A stretch of DNA of 32,846 nt from Candidatus Acidiferrales bacterium (GCA_050747425.1 JBOGNW010000246.1:1-32846); one strand, 5' to 3'. Shown: positions 8,041-16,627, numbered from the stretch's first letter. Numbers and translations are program-made. Notes: a model not told the origin generated them from the sequence alone.

Positions 8041-8805
8041 TCACGGTCGGCTCGCCGCAGGCGGAGGCTGAAACAACTCCTGAAAGCGGCGGTCTTCGCG
8101 CACCAGGTCGAAGGCCGCATCACCCTGCGCCTCTTTGATGGCATAACCGTCTTCGCGCGCGCGCCGCAGGTAAAACAGGGCCCGCTCCACGCGGCCCAGA
8201 GAGGCCAAGCTCTTGGCCAACAAGTAGTGGAAGCGGGCGCGATCTTTCACTGAATAGTCCTGCATCAGCACCCCGAACGGGCTCCGCTGCTGGAAGATCT
8301 CGGGATTCAAGAGCAGGGCCTGCTGGAACTCCGCCAAGGCGCGAGCGTATTGCCGGCGAGCAAACAGCGCCGTGCCCAGGTTGCCGTGGACGGCGGCCTG
8401 GGTGGGGTCTTCTTTCAAGGCGCGCTCGTAGTGGCGGATGGCGCGCCGGTAATTCTTGCGCGCATAGTACACGGTTCCCAGGTTGTTCCACGCCTGAGCA
8501 TAGGCGGGCTGGGCGCGAGTGGCGTGCTCGTAGTATTTCTGGGCCTCGGCAAGCTGCGCCGACTGGTGGTAGGCGATGCCGATCTTGTTTAACAGAACGG
8601 CATTTTCGGGAGAAAAGCGCAGCGCTTGCTGGTAGAGCTCGATGGCCTGGCCGTAGTTCTTGCGAATCATCTGCAAGTCAGCGCGCAATTCCCGCTGCCG
8701 AACCTCCTCGGCCCGCGGCAGCACAGAGAGAAGCGGAGCTTCCTGGGCGCCAAGCCACACAACGCCGCTCAGAAAAAAGGCCGACAGAGGACGAATGACG
8801 TTCAT
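8041..8805 (-). CDS. Secreted TPR-repeat protein
   Basis: Track ORF 8041..9114 was trimmed to the ATG at 8805 (MNVIRPLSAFFLSGVVWLGAQEAP, signal-like), 11 nt after the PBP stop. There are multiple TPR units (YGQAIELYQQALRFSPENA, NKIGIAYHQSAQLAEAQKYYEHATRAQP, WNNLGTVYYARKNYRRAIRHYERALKEDP). Confidence 0.8.
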   Translation of the reverse strand: MNVIRPLSAFFLSGVVWLGAQEAPLLSVLPRAEEVRQRELRADLQMIRKNYGQAIELYQQALRFSPENAVLLNKIGIAYHQSAQLAEAQKYYEHATRAQPAYAQAWNNLGTVYYARKNYRRAIRHYERALKEDPTQAAVHGNLGTALFARRQYARALAEFQQALLLNPEIFQQRSPFGVLMQDYSVKDRARFHYLLAKSLASLGRVERALFYLRRAREDGYAIKEAQGDAAFDLVREDRRFQELFQPPPAASRP

Positions 8806-8816
8806 GACAAACAACG

Positions 8817-11396
8817 CTATGGCGGAGGCGCCGGTTTGGGCGCGGGTTTCTTGCGCGTTTGGCCCGACGAGGGGCCGGCAGCGGGGCGGCTGAGCACGGT
8901 GGCGGCCTTGCCCAACATGCTGCCCGCCTGCGGCTGAGGCCCGAGGCCGGGCGCGGGCGGCGGCGAAGCCACGGGTGGCGGAGGATCGGCGGCGGGAGGC
9001 TGCTCCGGTTCCTTCGGCGTCTCCGGAGCTCGATTGTCTCCCCGGCCGATGCCGATGGCCCGCAGCAGCGTCCGGGTAACGGTGCGGAAGCCCGATGGCC
9101 TGTGCTTGGGGCAAAGCTCATGCGGCTCGGTGCCGAGAAGGAACTTCTCGGTTCTGACCTCGGGGCATTCCGGGACGGCCACGGCCAGAGTTTCCGGGTC
9201 GATTTGGACTTGCACGATGCCGTCTGGCATGACGAACTCTTCCACATTCTGGTAGGCGGGCAAGGCGACGGCCCGCTTCATAAACGCCGTCCAGATGGGC
9301 AGAGCGGCCATGGCGCCCGAGAGACCCAGGTCGCGGCCGTCGTCAAAGCCGACCCAAACGACGCAGAGCAAATTGGAGGTAAAGCCGATGAACCAGCCGT
9401 CGCGAGAAGTTCCGGTCTTGCCGGCGGCGGGAGCCGAGAACCCGCGGGCGCGCACCCCGGCGCCGGTGCCACGATTGATAGTGTCCTGCATCATGTCCAC
9501 GACCAGATAGGCGACCCGGGGGTCGAGCACGGGCTGCGGGCGGATGGATTGCTGCCAGAGGGGACGTCCGGCGGAGTCCTGCACACTGGAGATGAAGAAA
9601 GGCTCAACCCGCTCGCCGGCGTTGGCAAAGATGGTGTAAGCCCCGGCGACCTCGAGCGGGGTCGAGTCATAGGCCCCCAGTGAAATCGCCGGCGTGGCCC
9701 GCAGGCGAGGGTTGAGTCCGGCGGCGGTCGCCAGAGCCGCCACGCGATCGTAGCCGGTCATCTCCGCCACCTTGACCGTGGCGACGTTGAGGGAATGGAT
9801 GAGGGCATCACGGACGGTCACCACGCCGTAAAACTTCTCGCCGTAGTTGGAGGGCTCGTACTGCTGGCCCTCGAACTGGAAGACGGTAGGCTCGTCGACA
9901 ACGGTAGTGATGGGGGTGATAGGTTGCTCGGGGAGCTCCAGCGCCTCGTTGAAGGCGGCGGCAAAAACGAAAGGCTTGAAGCCCGAGCCGGGCTGGCGGA
10001 AGGCGACCGAGCGGTTCATTTGGCTGGTACCGTAGTCGCGGCCGCCCACCAGGGCCTTGACTTGGCCGCTGTGCGGGTCGAGCGCTACCAGCGCCACCTG
10101 CACGGCCGGAGGTTTTTCGCGGCGTTTGCGGTACCGCTCCGCGATGCGGGCGTCTACCTCGGGAAGGGCTTCCTTCACAGCCTGGGCGGCGGTCTTCTGC
10201 AAATCCACAGCGAGCGTGGTGTTGATGCGATAGCTGCCGGACACCAGCTCCTCCTCGGAGTAGCGGCCCAGCAACCGATCGCGCACCAGGTCAACAAAAT
10301 GGGGCGCCTCGCCGGCATCGAGGTCGGCGGCCGCCACGACGAGGGGCTCGCGCTTGGCGGCCTCGGCCCGCTCGGAGGTGAGAGCGCCGGTTTTGACCAT
10401 GGCATCCAGTATGTAATCGCGCCGTTCTTTGGCGCGCTCGGGGTTGCGATAGGGGTTGTAGCGGTTGGGGCCCCGGATTACTCCCGCCAGAAAGGCCGCC
10501 TCGGGCAGGCTCAGCCGTGAGATGTCTTTGTTGAAGTAAGCCTCCGCGCCCTCGCCAAAACCGAGAATACTGAAGCTGCCGCGATGACCGAGGTAAATCT
10601 CATTGGCATAGAGCTCGAGGATTTTTTCCTTGTTGAAGCGCTGTTCGAGCTGCAAGGCAATCAAGGCTTCGGCGGCTTTGCGTTCCAACGTGCGGCCGGG
10701 AGTGAGGAAGAAGCTGCGCGCCAACTGCATGGTCAGCGTGCTGGCCCCTTGCACAGGGGCGCCGCGGCGCAGGTCAATCCACAAGGCCCGTAAGCCATCC
10801 CAAAAAGAGATGCCCGGGTGGCTGAAGAAGCGGCGGTCTTCGGCCGCCAGCAAGGCCTGAATCAAGTCGGGAGGAATATCCTCGTAGCGCACTAAGCGGC
10901 GCTTGGCGCGGTGCTGGTCGAACAGATTGGTGACCAGCGCCGGGTCCACCCAGCAGGAGTCACGGGGGCTGCTGTCGCGCAAAGAGATGATGCGGGCGAG
11001 GCGACCTCGCTCCCATTCCAGCCGAACCGATTCGTTCGCTCCCACTTGAGAGAGGGAGCCGGGAAGGATTTCCAATCCCCGCTGAGTGAGCCGAAAGCGG
11101 CCGAACTCCGAGGGCTCCTCGTCGGGGCCGCTGTAGCCGTAGTGGCGAAGGCGGGCCAGCAACTCGTCCCGGGAAAGAGAGTCGCCCACCGAGAGCAGTT
11201 CAGGAGCCGCGAAAACTTGGGAGGTGCGTTCGAAGATTTCGCCGCTCAGCCGGCTGTCAATCAGGCGAGCAAAGTGGTGCCAGGTGTAGGCAAAGACGGC
11301 CACGCCCAGGAGGGCCAGCGCCACCACGGCCACCAGAAAGGCGCGCACGAACGGCCGAGTCCAAAATCCCTGGGGAATCCGAATGCGAACCGACAC
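8817..11396 (-). CDS. mrcA: Class A penicillin-binding protein (bifunctional glycosyltransferase GT51 / transpeptidase) with a Pro-rich C-terminal tail
   Basis: GT51 motifs are present (EDRRFFSHPGISFWDGLRA, GASTLTMQLAR). Transpeptidase motifs are SGFK (RQPGSGFKPFVF), SLN and KTGTS. It has a GTG start at 11396 and an N-terminal TM. The last ~90 aa are a low-complexity P/A-rich tail. Confidence 0.93.
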   Translation of the reverse strand: MSVRIRIPQGFWTRPFVRAFLVAVVALALLGVAVFAYTWHHFARLIDSRLSGEIFERTSQVFAAPELLSVGDSLSRDELLARLRHYGYSGPDEEPSEFGRFRLTQRGLEILPGSLSQVGANESVRLEWERGRLARIISLRDSSPRDSCWVDPALVTNLFDQHRAKRRLVRYEDIPPDLIQALLAAEDRRFFSHPGISFWDGLRALWIDLRRGAPVQGASTLTMQLARSFFLTPGRTLERKAAEALIALQLEQRFNKEKILELYANEIYLGHRGSFSILGFGEGAEAYFNKDISRLSLPEAAFLAGVIRGPNRYNPYRNPERAKERRDYILDAMVKTGALTSERAEAAKREPLVVAAADLDAGEAPHFVDLVRDRLLGRYSEEELVSGSYRINTTLAVDLQKTAAQAVKEALPEVDARIAERYRKRREKPPAVQVALVALDPHSGQVKALVGGRDYGTSQMNRSVAFRQPGSGFKPFVFAAAFNEALELPEQPITPITTVVDEPTVFQFEGQQYEPSNYGEKFYGVVTVRDALIHSLNVATVKVAEMTGYDRVAALATAAGLNPRLRATPAISLGAYDSTPLEVAGAYTIFANAGERVEPFFISSVQDSAGRPLWQQSIRPQPVLDPRVAYLVVDMMQDTINRGTGAGVRARGFSAPAAGKTGTSRDGWFIGFTSNLLCVVWVGFDDGRDLGLSGAMAALPIWTAFMKRAVALPAYQNVEEFVMPDGIVQVQIDPETLAVAVPECPEVRTEKFLLGTEPHELCPKHRPSGFRTVTRTLLRAIGIGRGDNRAPETPKEPEQPPAADPPPPVASPPPAPGLGPQPQAGSMLGKAATVLSRPAAGPSSGQTRKKPAPKPAPPP

Positions 11397-11423
11397 AGTG
11401 GTCTTTCGCTGGCCTCTTCCGAG

Positions 11424-11783
11424 CTAGTAGGCGCTGTGGGTATCGGCGCTGAAGTCGAATCTCAACGTGTGCTGATAGACGATCAGATTGACCGGTACAG
11501 CGAAGCTGGAGTGGATGGCGATGCCGCCGGGGGCGTTGGAAACCTGAATCTGCTCGCGGGTGATGGGGAGCTTCAGTTCCTGCGCTTTCTGATACAGCTC
11601 CTCGCGGACCTTGTCCAAGGGTTTCCGGTCCACGCTGTACATCTTGGCCTGGGTGCGTATCGAATCCTCGTAGTTGTAGGCGTCCACATAGACAGGGACG
11701 ATACGAACCACGCCGATGAGGACAGCCGCAATGGCCACTAACGCGATCAGGGTCTTCAGCTTGCTTCCACCGCGCTCCTTCAT
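11424..11783 (-). CDS. Small membrane-anchored protein, DUF4845-like
   Basis: Trimmed to the ATG at 11783, which has AGGAGG (11795..11790) 6 nt upstream. It has an N-terminal TM (LIALVAIAAVLIGVVRIV), then PVYVDAYNYEDSI, which resembles the DUF4845 core as I recall it. Confidence 0.6.
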   Translation of the reverse strand: MKERGGSKLKTLIALVAIAAVLIGVVRIVPVYVDAYNYEDSIRTQAKMYSVDRKPLDKVREELYQKAQELKLPITREQIQVSNAPGGIAIHSSFAVPVNLIVYQHTLRFDFSADTHSAY

Positions 11784-11811
11784 AGCAGGCCTCCTGGGGG
11801 ACGAACGCTTC

Positions 11812-13551
11812 CTAGTCAAGATAACGGCTCTTCAGCAGGCTCACAGCCTCAGAAATCTTAGCATCTGTGCGCTCCCCTGTCGAGCGCTGGCTGATTTCAA
11901 CCAAGCCTTCCCCCACTTTCCGGCCGATGGTCAGGCGGAAGGGCACGCCGATGAGGTCGGCGTCCTTGAACTTAACCCCGGGGCGCTCATCGCGGTCGTC
12001 GTAGAGCACCTCGACGCCCTTTTCGTCGAGGTCGCGGTACAAACGCTCGGCAGTCTCACGGGCGGGAGCTTCGTTGAGGTTGACCGGAGTCAGGACCACG
12101 TCGAACGGAGCGATGCTACGGGGCAGCTTCATCCCGTTCACGTCGTGGTTTTGCTCGACGGCCGCTGTCAGGATGCGCTCCACGCCAATCCCATAGGACC
12201 CCATGATGGGCACGACCTCTCGCCCCTCGCGGTCGAGCACACGCGCTCCCATGGATTCGGCATAGCGCTGGCCCAGTTTGAAAATGTGGCCCAGCTCGAT
12301 GGCGGCGGCCACCTTCAGCGGACGCCCGCAGCGCTCGCAGGGGTCGCCATCGGCCACCTGGCGGACGTCGCGGTACTCGCCGGTGAAGTCCCGCTCGGGC
12401 GTGACAAAGCGCATGTGGTGATGGTCGCGGTTAGCGCCGGTGATGAGGTTGCGCCGCCCGCGCAAAGCGGCGTCCACAATCACCCGCACGCCTTTGAGGC
12501 CTACCGGGCCCAGAGAGCCCGGATCGGCGCCGAAGGCTTGGCGAATTTCTTCCGGATGCGCCGGCCGAAACGCCGCTCCACCCAGAGCCTCGCCCAATTT
12601 GGCTTCGTTCACCTCGTGATCGCCACGCACCAGCACCAGGACCAACGGCGGCCCCGCGGCGCTTTTCTTTTCCTCGGAGCCTGCCGGAGGAGGAATGGCA
12701 TAGGCGACGCTCTTCATCAAGTGAGGCGCGGCGACGCCGGCGAAGTTCACCAACTCCTCGATAGTGCGCACGTTCGGCGTGGAAAAGATTTCCGGCTTCT
12801 TCTCTCCTTCGAGATCATTCACGGGGGCCACGCCCGCGCGGGCTTTTTCCAGGTTGGCGGCATAACCGCACTCCGGCGTGCAGACCACAATGCGGTCTTC
12901 GCCCGCTGGCGAGACAACCATAAATTCGTGCGACTGCCAGCCCCCCATGGCGCCGGAGTGCGCCTCCACCACCTGGTAGCGCAACCCGCAGCGCGAAAAA
13001 ATCCGGCAATAAGCTTCGTAGTGCTTCTGGTAGCTGATGTCGAGCCCGGCTTCGTCGAGGTCGAAGGTGTAGGAGTCCTTCATAATGAACTGCCGCAGCC
13101 GCATCAGGCCCGATTTCGGCCGGGCTTCGTCGCGAAACTTGACCTGAATCTGGTACCAGATTTGCGGCAACTGTCGGTAGCTGCGCAACTCACTGCGGGC
13201 GATGTGGGTCACCACTTCTTCGTGCGTCGGCCCGAGCAAGACGTCGCGCTCGCCGTGGTCTTGGAAGCGGAAGAGAATGCCGGCCATCTGCTCCCAGCGT
13301 CCGGTTTCCTTCCACAGCTCAGCGGGGTGCAAAGCGGGCAGGTAGACCTCCTGGCCGCCGATGCGATTCATCTCCTCGCGCAGAATCTGAATGATTTTGA
13401 GAGCGGAGCGCTGGCCGAGGTAGAGATAGGAATAGATGCCGGCGGCGAGCTGGCGAACGTAGCCGGCGCGCACCAGCAGCTTGTGGCTGGCCACCTCGGC
13501 GTCAGCCGGGTCTTCGCGCAGCGTGGGGATGAACAGTTGACTCCAGCGCAT
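11812..13551 (-). CDS. proS: Prolyl-tRNA synthetase (bacterial type with insertion/editing domain)
   Basis: Track ORF 11812..13791 was trimmed to the ATG at 13551 (MRWSQLFIPTLREDPADAEVASHKLLVRAGYVRQL), preceded by GGAAGGATTGAGG. The protein shows class II aaRS and ProRS-typical sequence throughout. Confidence 0.95.
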   Translation of the reverse strand: MRWSQLFIPTLREDPADAEVASHKLLVRAGYVRQLAAGIYSYLYLGQRSALKIIQILREEMNRIGGQEVYLPALHPAELWKETGRWEQMAGILFRFQDHGERDVLLGPTHEEVVTHIARSELRSYRQLPQIWYQIQVKFRDEARPKSGLMRLRQFIMKDSYTFDLDEAGLDISYQKHYEAYCRIFSRCGLRYQVVEAHSGAMGGWQSHEFMVVSPAGEDRIVVCTPECGYAANLEKARAGVAPVNDLEGEKKPEIFSTPNVRTIEELVNFAGVAAPHLMKSVAYAIPPPAGSEEKKSAAGPPLVLVLVRGDHEVNEAKLGEALGGAAFRPAHPEEIRQAFGADPGSLGPVGLKGVRVIVDAALRGRRNLITGANRDHHHMRFVTPERDFTGEYRDVRQVADGDPCERCGRPLKVAAAIELGHIFKLGQRYAESMGARVLDREGREVVPIMGSYGIGVERILTAAVEQNHDVNGMKLPRSIAPFDVVLTPVNLNEAPARETAERLYRDLDEKGVEVLYDDRDERPGVKFKDADLIGVPFRLTIGRKVGEGLVEISQRSTGERTDAKISEAVSLLKSRYLD

Positions 13552-13578
13552 CCTCAATCCTTCCGAATAAACTCTCAA

Positions 13579-13607
13579 ACAGTAGGAGAGCCGTCGTAGG
13601 CTGTCAA
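13579..13607 (-). promoter_or_regulatory. Candidate sigma70-type promoter for proS and the downstream array
   Basis: Minus strand reads TTGACA (13607..13602), a 17-nt spacer, then TACTGT (13584..13579). It lies ~27 nt upstream of the proS ATG. Confidence 0.5.
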
Positions 13608-13624
13608 GCAAGCCTCGAGAGAGG

Positions 13625-14476
13625 CTAGGCGGCCTGCACGGCGGCGCACTCGCGCAGCTTTTCCAGCACTGAGTCGGGCACGCGGACATTGCCACGCCGT
13701 CCGGTGCCCAACTGAATACCGGGTTTGTTGTCGCCGTGGAAATCAGAGCCGCCGGTCTCGAGCAAAGACAAGTGTTGCGCCAACTGGGCAAAGACCGCGC
13801 GCTGGCTGGCGCTATGGCCGCTCCAATGGACTTCCATACCGTCCAGGCCGCAGTCCTTGAGGTCTTTCACCAACGCGGCTAGTTCCTCGCCTTTGAGGCC
13901 CAGGGTCGAGGGATGCGCCAGAACCGCAACGCCCCCCGCCGCTTTGATGGCCCCAATTCCCTCTTTCGGCTCGGGCATCTCTCGCGGGACAAAAGCGGGC
14001 CTCCCTCGGCGCAGGTAGCGCTCAAAAGCCTCGGCCACGCTGCGCACCGCTCCGGTTTCCATCAGTGCCCGCGCCACATGCGGCCGGCCAATCGAGTCGC
14101 TGCCTGCCCGCGCCTGCACACTCGCGTAGGAAATCCCATAGCCCAATTCATTGAGCCGCGCCACCATTCGCTGGGCGCGCTCCTGGCGCGCAGCACACCA
14201 CGCAGCCAGATGCGTCTGGAGCTTCAAGTCCTCCACGCGGACGTAGTACCCCAAGATGTGCATCGCACCGGCGAGCGAGCGGACAGAGATTTCGAGCCCC
14301 GGCACCACATGGACGCCTTTGAGCTGGCCGCGGGCGGTGGCTGGCTCGATGCCTGCGACGGTATCGTGGTCGGTCAGGGCAATGGCGGTGAGGCTTTTTT
14401 CAGCCGCCAGGTCAACCAGGGCCTCTGGCGTAAGCGTCCCGTCGGAGGCCGTCGAGTGGGTGTGTAAGTCAATCAT
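13625..14476 (-). CDS. PHP-domain phosphoesterase (TrpH/YciV family)
   Basis: The N-terminus MIDLHTHSTASDGTLTPEAL matches the family. PHP His/Asp motifs are present (ALTDHDT, VLAHP, GGSDFHG). Confidence 0.85.
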   Translation of the reverse strand: MIDLHTHSTASDGTLTPEALVDLAAEKSLTAIALTDHDTVAGIEPATARGQLKGVHVVPGLEISVRSLAGAMHILGYYVRVEDLKLQTHLAAWCAARQERAQRMVARLNELGYGISYASVQARAGSDSIGRPHVARALMETGAVRSVAEAFERYLRRGRPAFVPREMPEPKEGIGAIKAAGGVAVLAHPSTLGLKGEELAALVKDLKDCGLDGMEVHWSGHSASQRAVFAQLAQHLSLLETGGSDFHGDNKPGIQLGTGRRGNVRVPDSVLEKLRECAAVQAA

Positions 14477-14519
14477 GGCCGACTAAGCCACTCTAGCACA
14501 GACCCCGCCGCGGCTTGCC

Positions 14520-14548
14520 TTGTCCTTTTCCCGCGGAGCGACTAGAGT
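14520..14548 (+). promoter_or_regulatory. Candidate promoter giving a leaderless or near-leaderless transcript for the gene at 14558
   Basis: TTGTCC (14520..14525), a 17-nt spacer, then TAGAGT (14543..14548). Only 9 nt separate the -10 from the ATG at 14558, and no SD is present. Confidence 0.35.
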
Positions 14549-14557
14549 CCCTCGCCT

Positions 14558-15721
14558 ATGCGCATCTTTGTGCTGGGCGCAGGAGCCGTGGGTGCTCTGC
14601 TGGCCAAGTTGCTGGCCCGGCAGGGGCACACGGTCTGGTGCGGCGACCGCAACCCTGAGCGCGCCCGGAGGTTCCTCGACCCGGCCCTGCCCCTGCAAAA
14701 GGTCAATGCCCGCAACCTGCGCGCCATTGTCCGCGCCGGGCGAAGCTGCCACCTGCTGGTCAACGCGGCCCCGGCCAACTCCAACGAAACCGTCCTGCGC
14801 GCTGCCTTGCACCTGCGAGCCCATTACCTCGATATGGCGACGCACTTGGGCCGCAACCCCTTCAAGGCCGAGCAGCTTCGCTACGACCGCCGTTTCCGCG
14901 AGAAGCGCCGCGTAGCGGTAATCAACGCCGGAGTCGCGCCCGGCCTGACCAACCTGCTGGTGGCGCGGAGCGCCGGTTTGCTGGAGGAGGTCGAGCAGGT
15001 GCATGTCCGCCTCTACGAAAGTGTCGAGAGCCAGGACCCAGTCTCTACCTGGTCGCACGAAATCGCCTTTGATGAAGCCACCTCGCGCCCGCGCGTCTAC
15101 CGCCGGGGCCGCTTCCGCCTGGCGCGGCGGTTCAGCGAGCCGGAGTGGTTCCGCTTCCCCTCCCCCATTGGCCGTTCGCGGGTGGTACTCGCCGCGCAGG
15201 ACGAAGTAGGCACGCTGCCGCATTTCATCCCCATGCGAGAAATGGATGTGAAGATTGGCGGCAACGAGATTGACCGCCTGCGGCGCTGGTACGGGCTGGG
15301 CAAACTGTGGCGCTCGGCCGGGCTGGTCCGGGGGCGCTTTCCGCCCACGCTGACTCCGCGACAGGTGGCGCGACTCATCCGCCGCAGGCTACTGACCAAC
15401 GCGCGCTTCGGGGTAGCAGTAGTGGTGCGCGGGATCAAGGCGGGCGAGCCGCTCGAGCTGCGCTGGGACTGCCTCGTTCCCAGCCTCTATCAGATCCGGC
15501 TGAAGGGGCTCTACATGACTCCGATTGCCTATTCGACGGCGCAGGTCGCCGCCCTCTTCGTGAAGCATTTGCCCCGCGACCTTCCGGGTGTGTACCCGCC
15601 CGAGGCGCTGCCCACACCGGTTCGCCGCGCCCTTCTGGCCGAGCTCAAGCACCGCGGCTTTGCAATCACGTTCAAAACCCGTAAATGGAAGAAGCCCGAG
15701 CCCGAAGAAGATGAATTCTAG
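14558..15721 (+). CDS. Saccharopine dehydrogenase-like NAD(P)-binding oxidoreductase
   Basis: The Rossmann N-terminus is MRIFVLGAGAVGALLAKLLARQGH. LVNAAP, HYLDM and NAGVAPGLTNLL are typical of the Sacchrp_dh family. Confidence 0.8.
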   Translation: MRIFVLGAGAVGALLAKLLARQGHTVWCGDRNPERARRFLDPALPLQKVNARNLRAIVRAGRSCHLLVNAAPANSNETVLRAALHLRAHYLDMATHLGRNPFKAEQLRYDRRFREKRRVAVINAGVAPGLTNLLVARSAGLLEEVEQVHVRLYESVESQDPVSTWSHEIAFDEATSRPRVYRRGRFRLARRFSEPEWFRFPSPIGRSRVVLAAQDEVGTLPHFIPMREMDVKIGGNEIDRLRRWYGLGKLWRSAGLVRGRFPPTLTPRQVARLIRRRLLTNARFGVAVVVRGIKAGEPLELRWDCLVPSLYQIRLKGLYMTPIAYSTAQVAALFVKHLPRDLPGVYPPEALPTPVRRALLAELKHRGFAITFKTRKWKKPEPEEDEF

Positions 15722-16525
15722 CTAGGCTTGCTGGATTTCGAGCGGGAACAGGGTATCCACCAACGAGGCCCCGCCGTCGGCATAAACCACCTGGCCAGTA
15801 ATCCAGGCGGCTTCTTCAGAGCAGAAAAGAGCGACAACATTTCCGATATCGGCCGGCGTGCCCATGCGCCCCATCGGTGTCCAGCCGCTGGCGTGCCAGG
15901 CGCGGGTGCGGTCCCGTACCTCCGGCGGCAGGCCGTTAAACACGCTGTCTTCGGTCAGGCCCGGGCTGATGGCGTTAACGGTAATGCCACGCAGAGCCAA
16001 GGCGACGGCGAAGTAGCGGCAGAGGGATTCGAGCGCCGCTTTGGCCGACCCCATAGCCACCCACGACTGCCAGCTTCCTAAACGGCCGCCCGGCGCGTAG
16101 GTAATAGCGATTATCCGTCCCCCCTTGGGCATCAAGGGCACGGCCTCGCGCACCCCCACAAGAAAAGCCTTGGCCTGGGAGTCCTGCGCCAGGTCCCACT
16201 GGTCAAGGCCGATGTCCAGCGGCTTGCGATAGAAGGTTGGGAGTTCGGTGCGGGCGTTGCTGATGAAAATATCGAGGTGCCCGAACTCCTTCTTTACCCG
16301 TTCAAACATTGCCCGGATGTCGTCGGGGCGAGACACGTCTGCCTGAACGATGAACCCGTCGGAGCCGCGCTGGCGGACTTTCGCCAGCGTATCTTTGGCC
16401 GAGGCTTCCTTCTGGTAGTAGTGCACCGCTACTTTCGCGCCGCTCTCAGCCAGTTTCAGGGCGATGCCGCGGCCTATGCCGCGAGAACTGCCGGTAATCA
16501 ATGCGGTTTTTCCCTTGAGGGACAT
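15722..16525 (-). CDS. SDR-family oxidoreductase, FabI/FabL-like (enoyl-ACP reductase-like)
   Basis: Trimmed to the ATG at 16525, with GGAAGGAGGAAA 5-6 nt upstream. The cofactor motif is TGSSRGIGRGIA. The segment ITYAPGGRLGSWQSWVAMGSAKAALESLCRY...VNAISPG aligns to the FabI/FabL active-site region from memory. Confidence 0.8.
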   Translation of the reverse strand: MSLKGKTALITGSSRGIGRGIALKLAESGAKVAVHYYQKEASAKDTLAKVRQRGSDGFIVQADVSRPDDIRAMFERVKKEFGHLDIFISNARTELPTFYRKPLDIGLDQWDLAQDSQAKAFLVGVREAVPLMPKGGRIIAITYAPGGRLGSWQSWVAMGSAKAALESLCRYFAVALALRGITVNAISPGLTEDSVFNGLPPEVRDRTRAWHASGWTPMGRMGTPADIGNVVALFCSEEAAWITGQVVYADGGASLVDTLFPLEIQQA

Positions 16526-16627
16526 GACAATTTCCTCCTTCCCCAACGGGTTTCACCGGGTGATGGTAGCAAAGTCGGACACCTGATCGGAGCCAGAAAG
16601 CATACCGCGGGGACAGGCCGGGCTTCG

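Noticed and set aside
8817-9060. Pro/Ala-rich repetitive coding stretch, considered as a possible tandem repeat or mobile remnant
   Set aside because: It is in frame with, and continuous with, the PBP. It is interpreted as a low-complexity C-terminal tail. No exact nucleotide tandem repeat unit was evident.
11716-13599. 627-aa ORF on the plus strand
   Set aside because: It is entirely antisense to proS, whose product has unmistakable ProRS sequence. The plus-strand translation is Ala/Gly/Arg/His-rich with no motifs. This is a typical high-GC shadow ORF.
14483-15223. 246-aa minus-strand ORF
   Set aside because: It is antisense to the saccharopine-dehydrogenase-like gene, whose plus-strand product has a clean Rossmann GxGxxG N-terminus.
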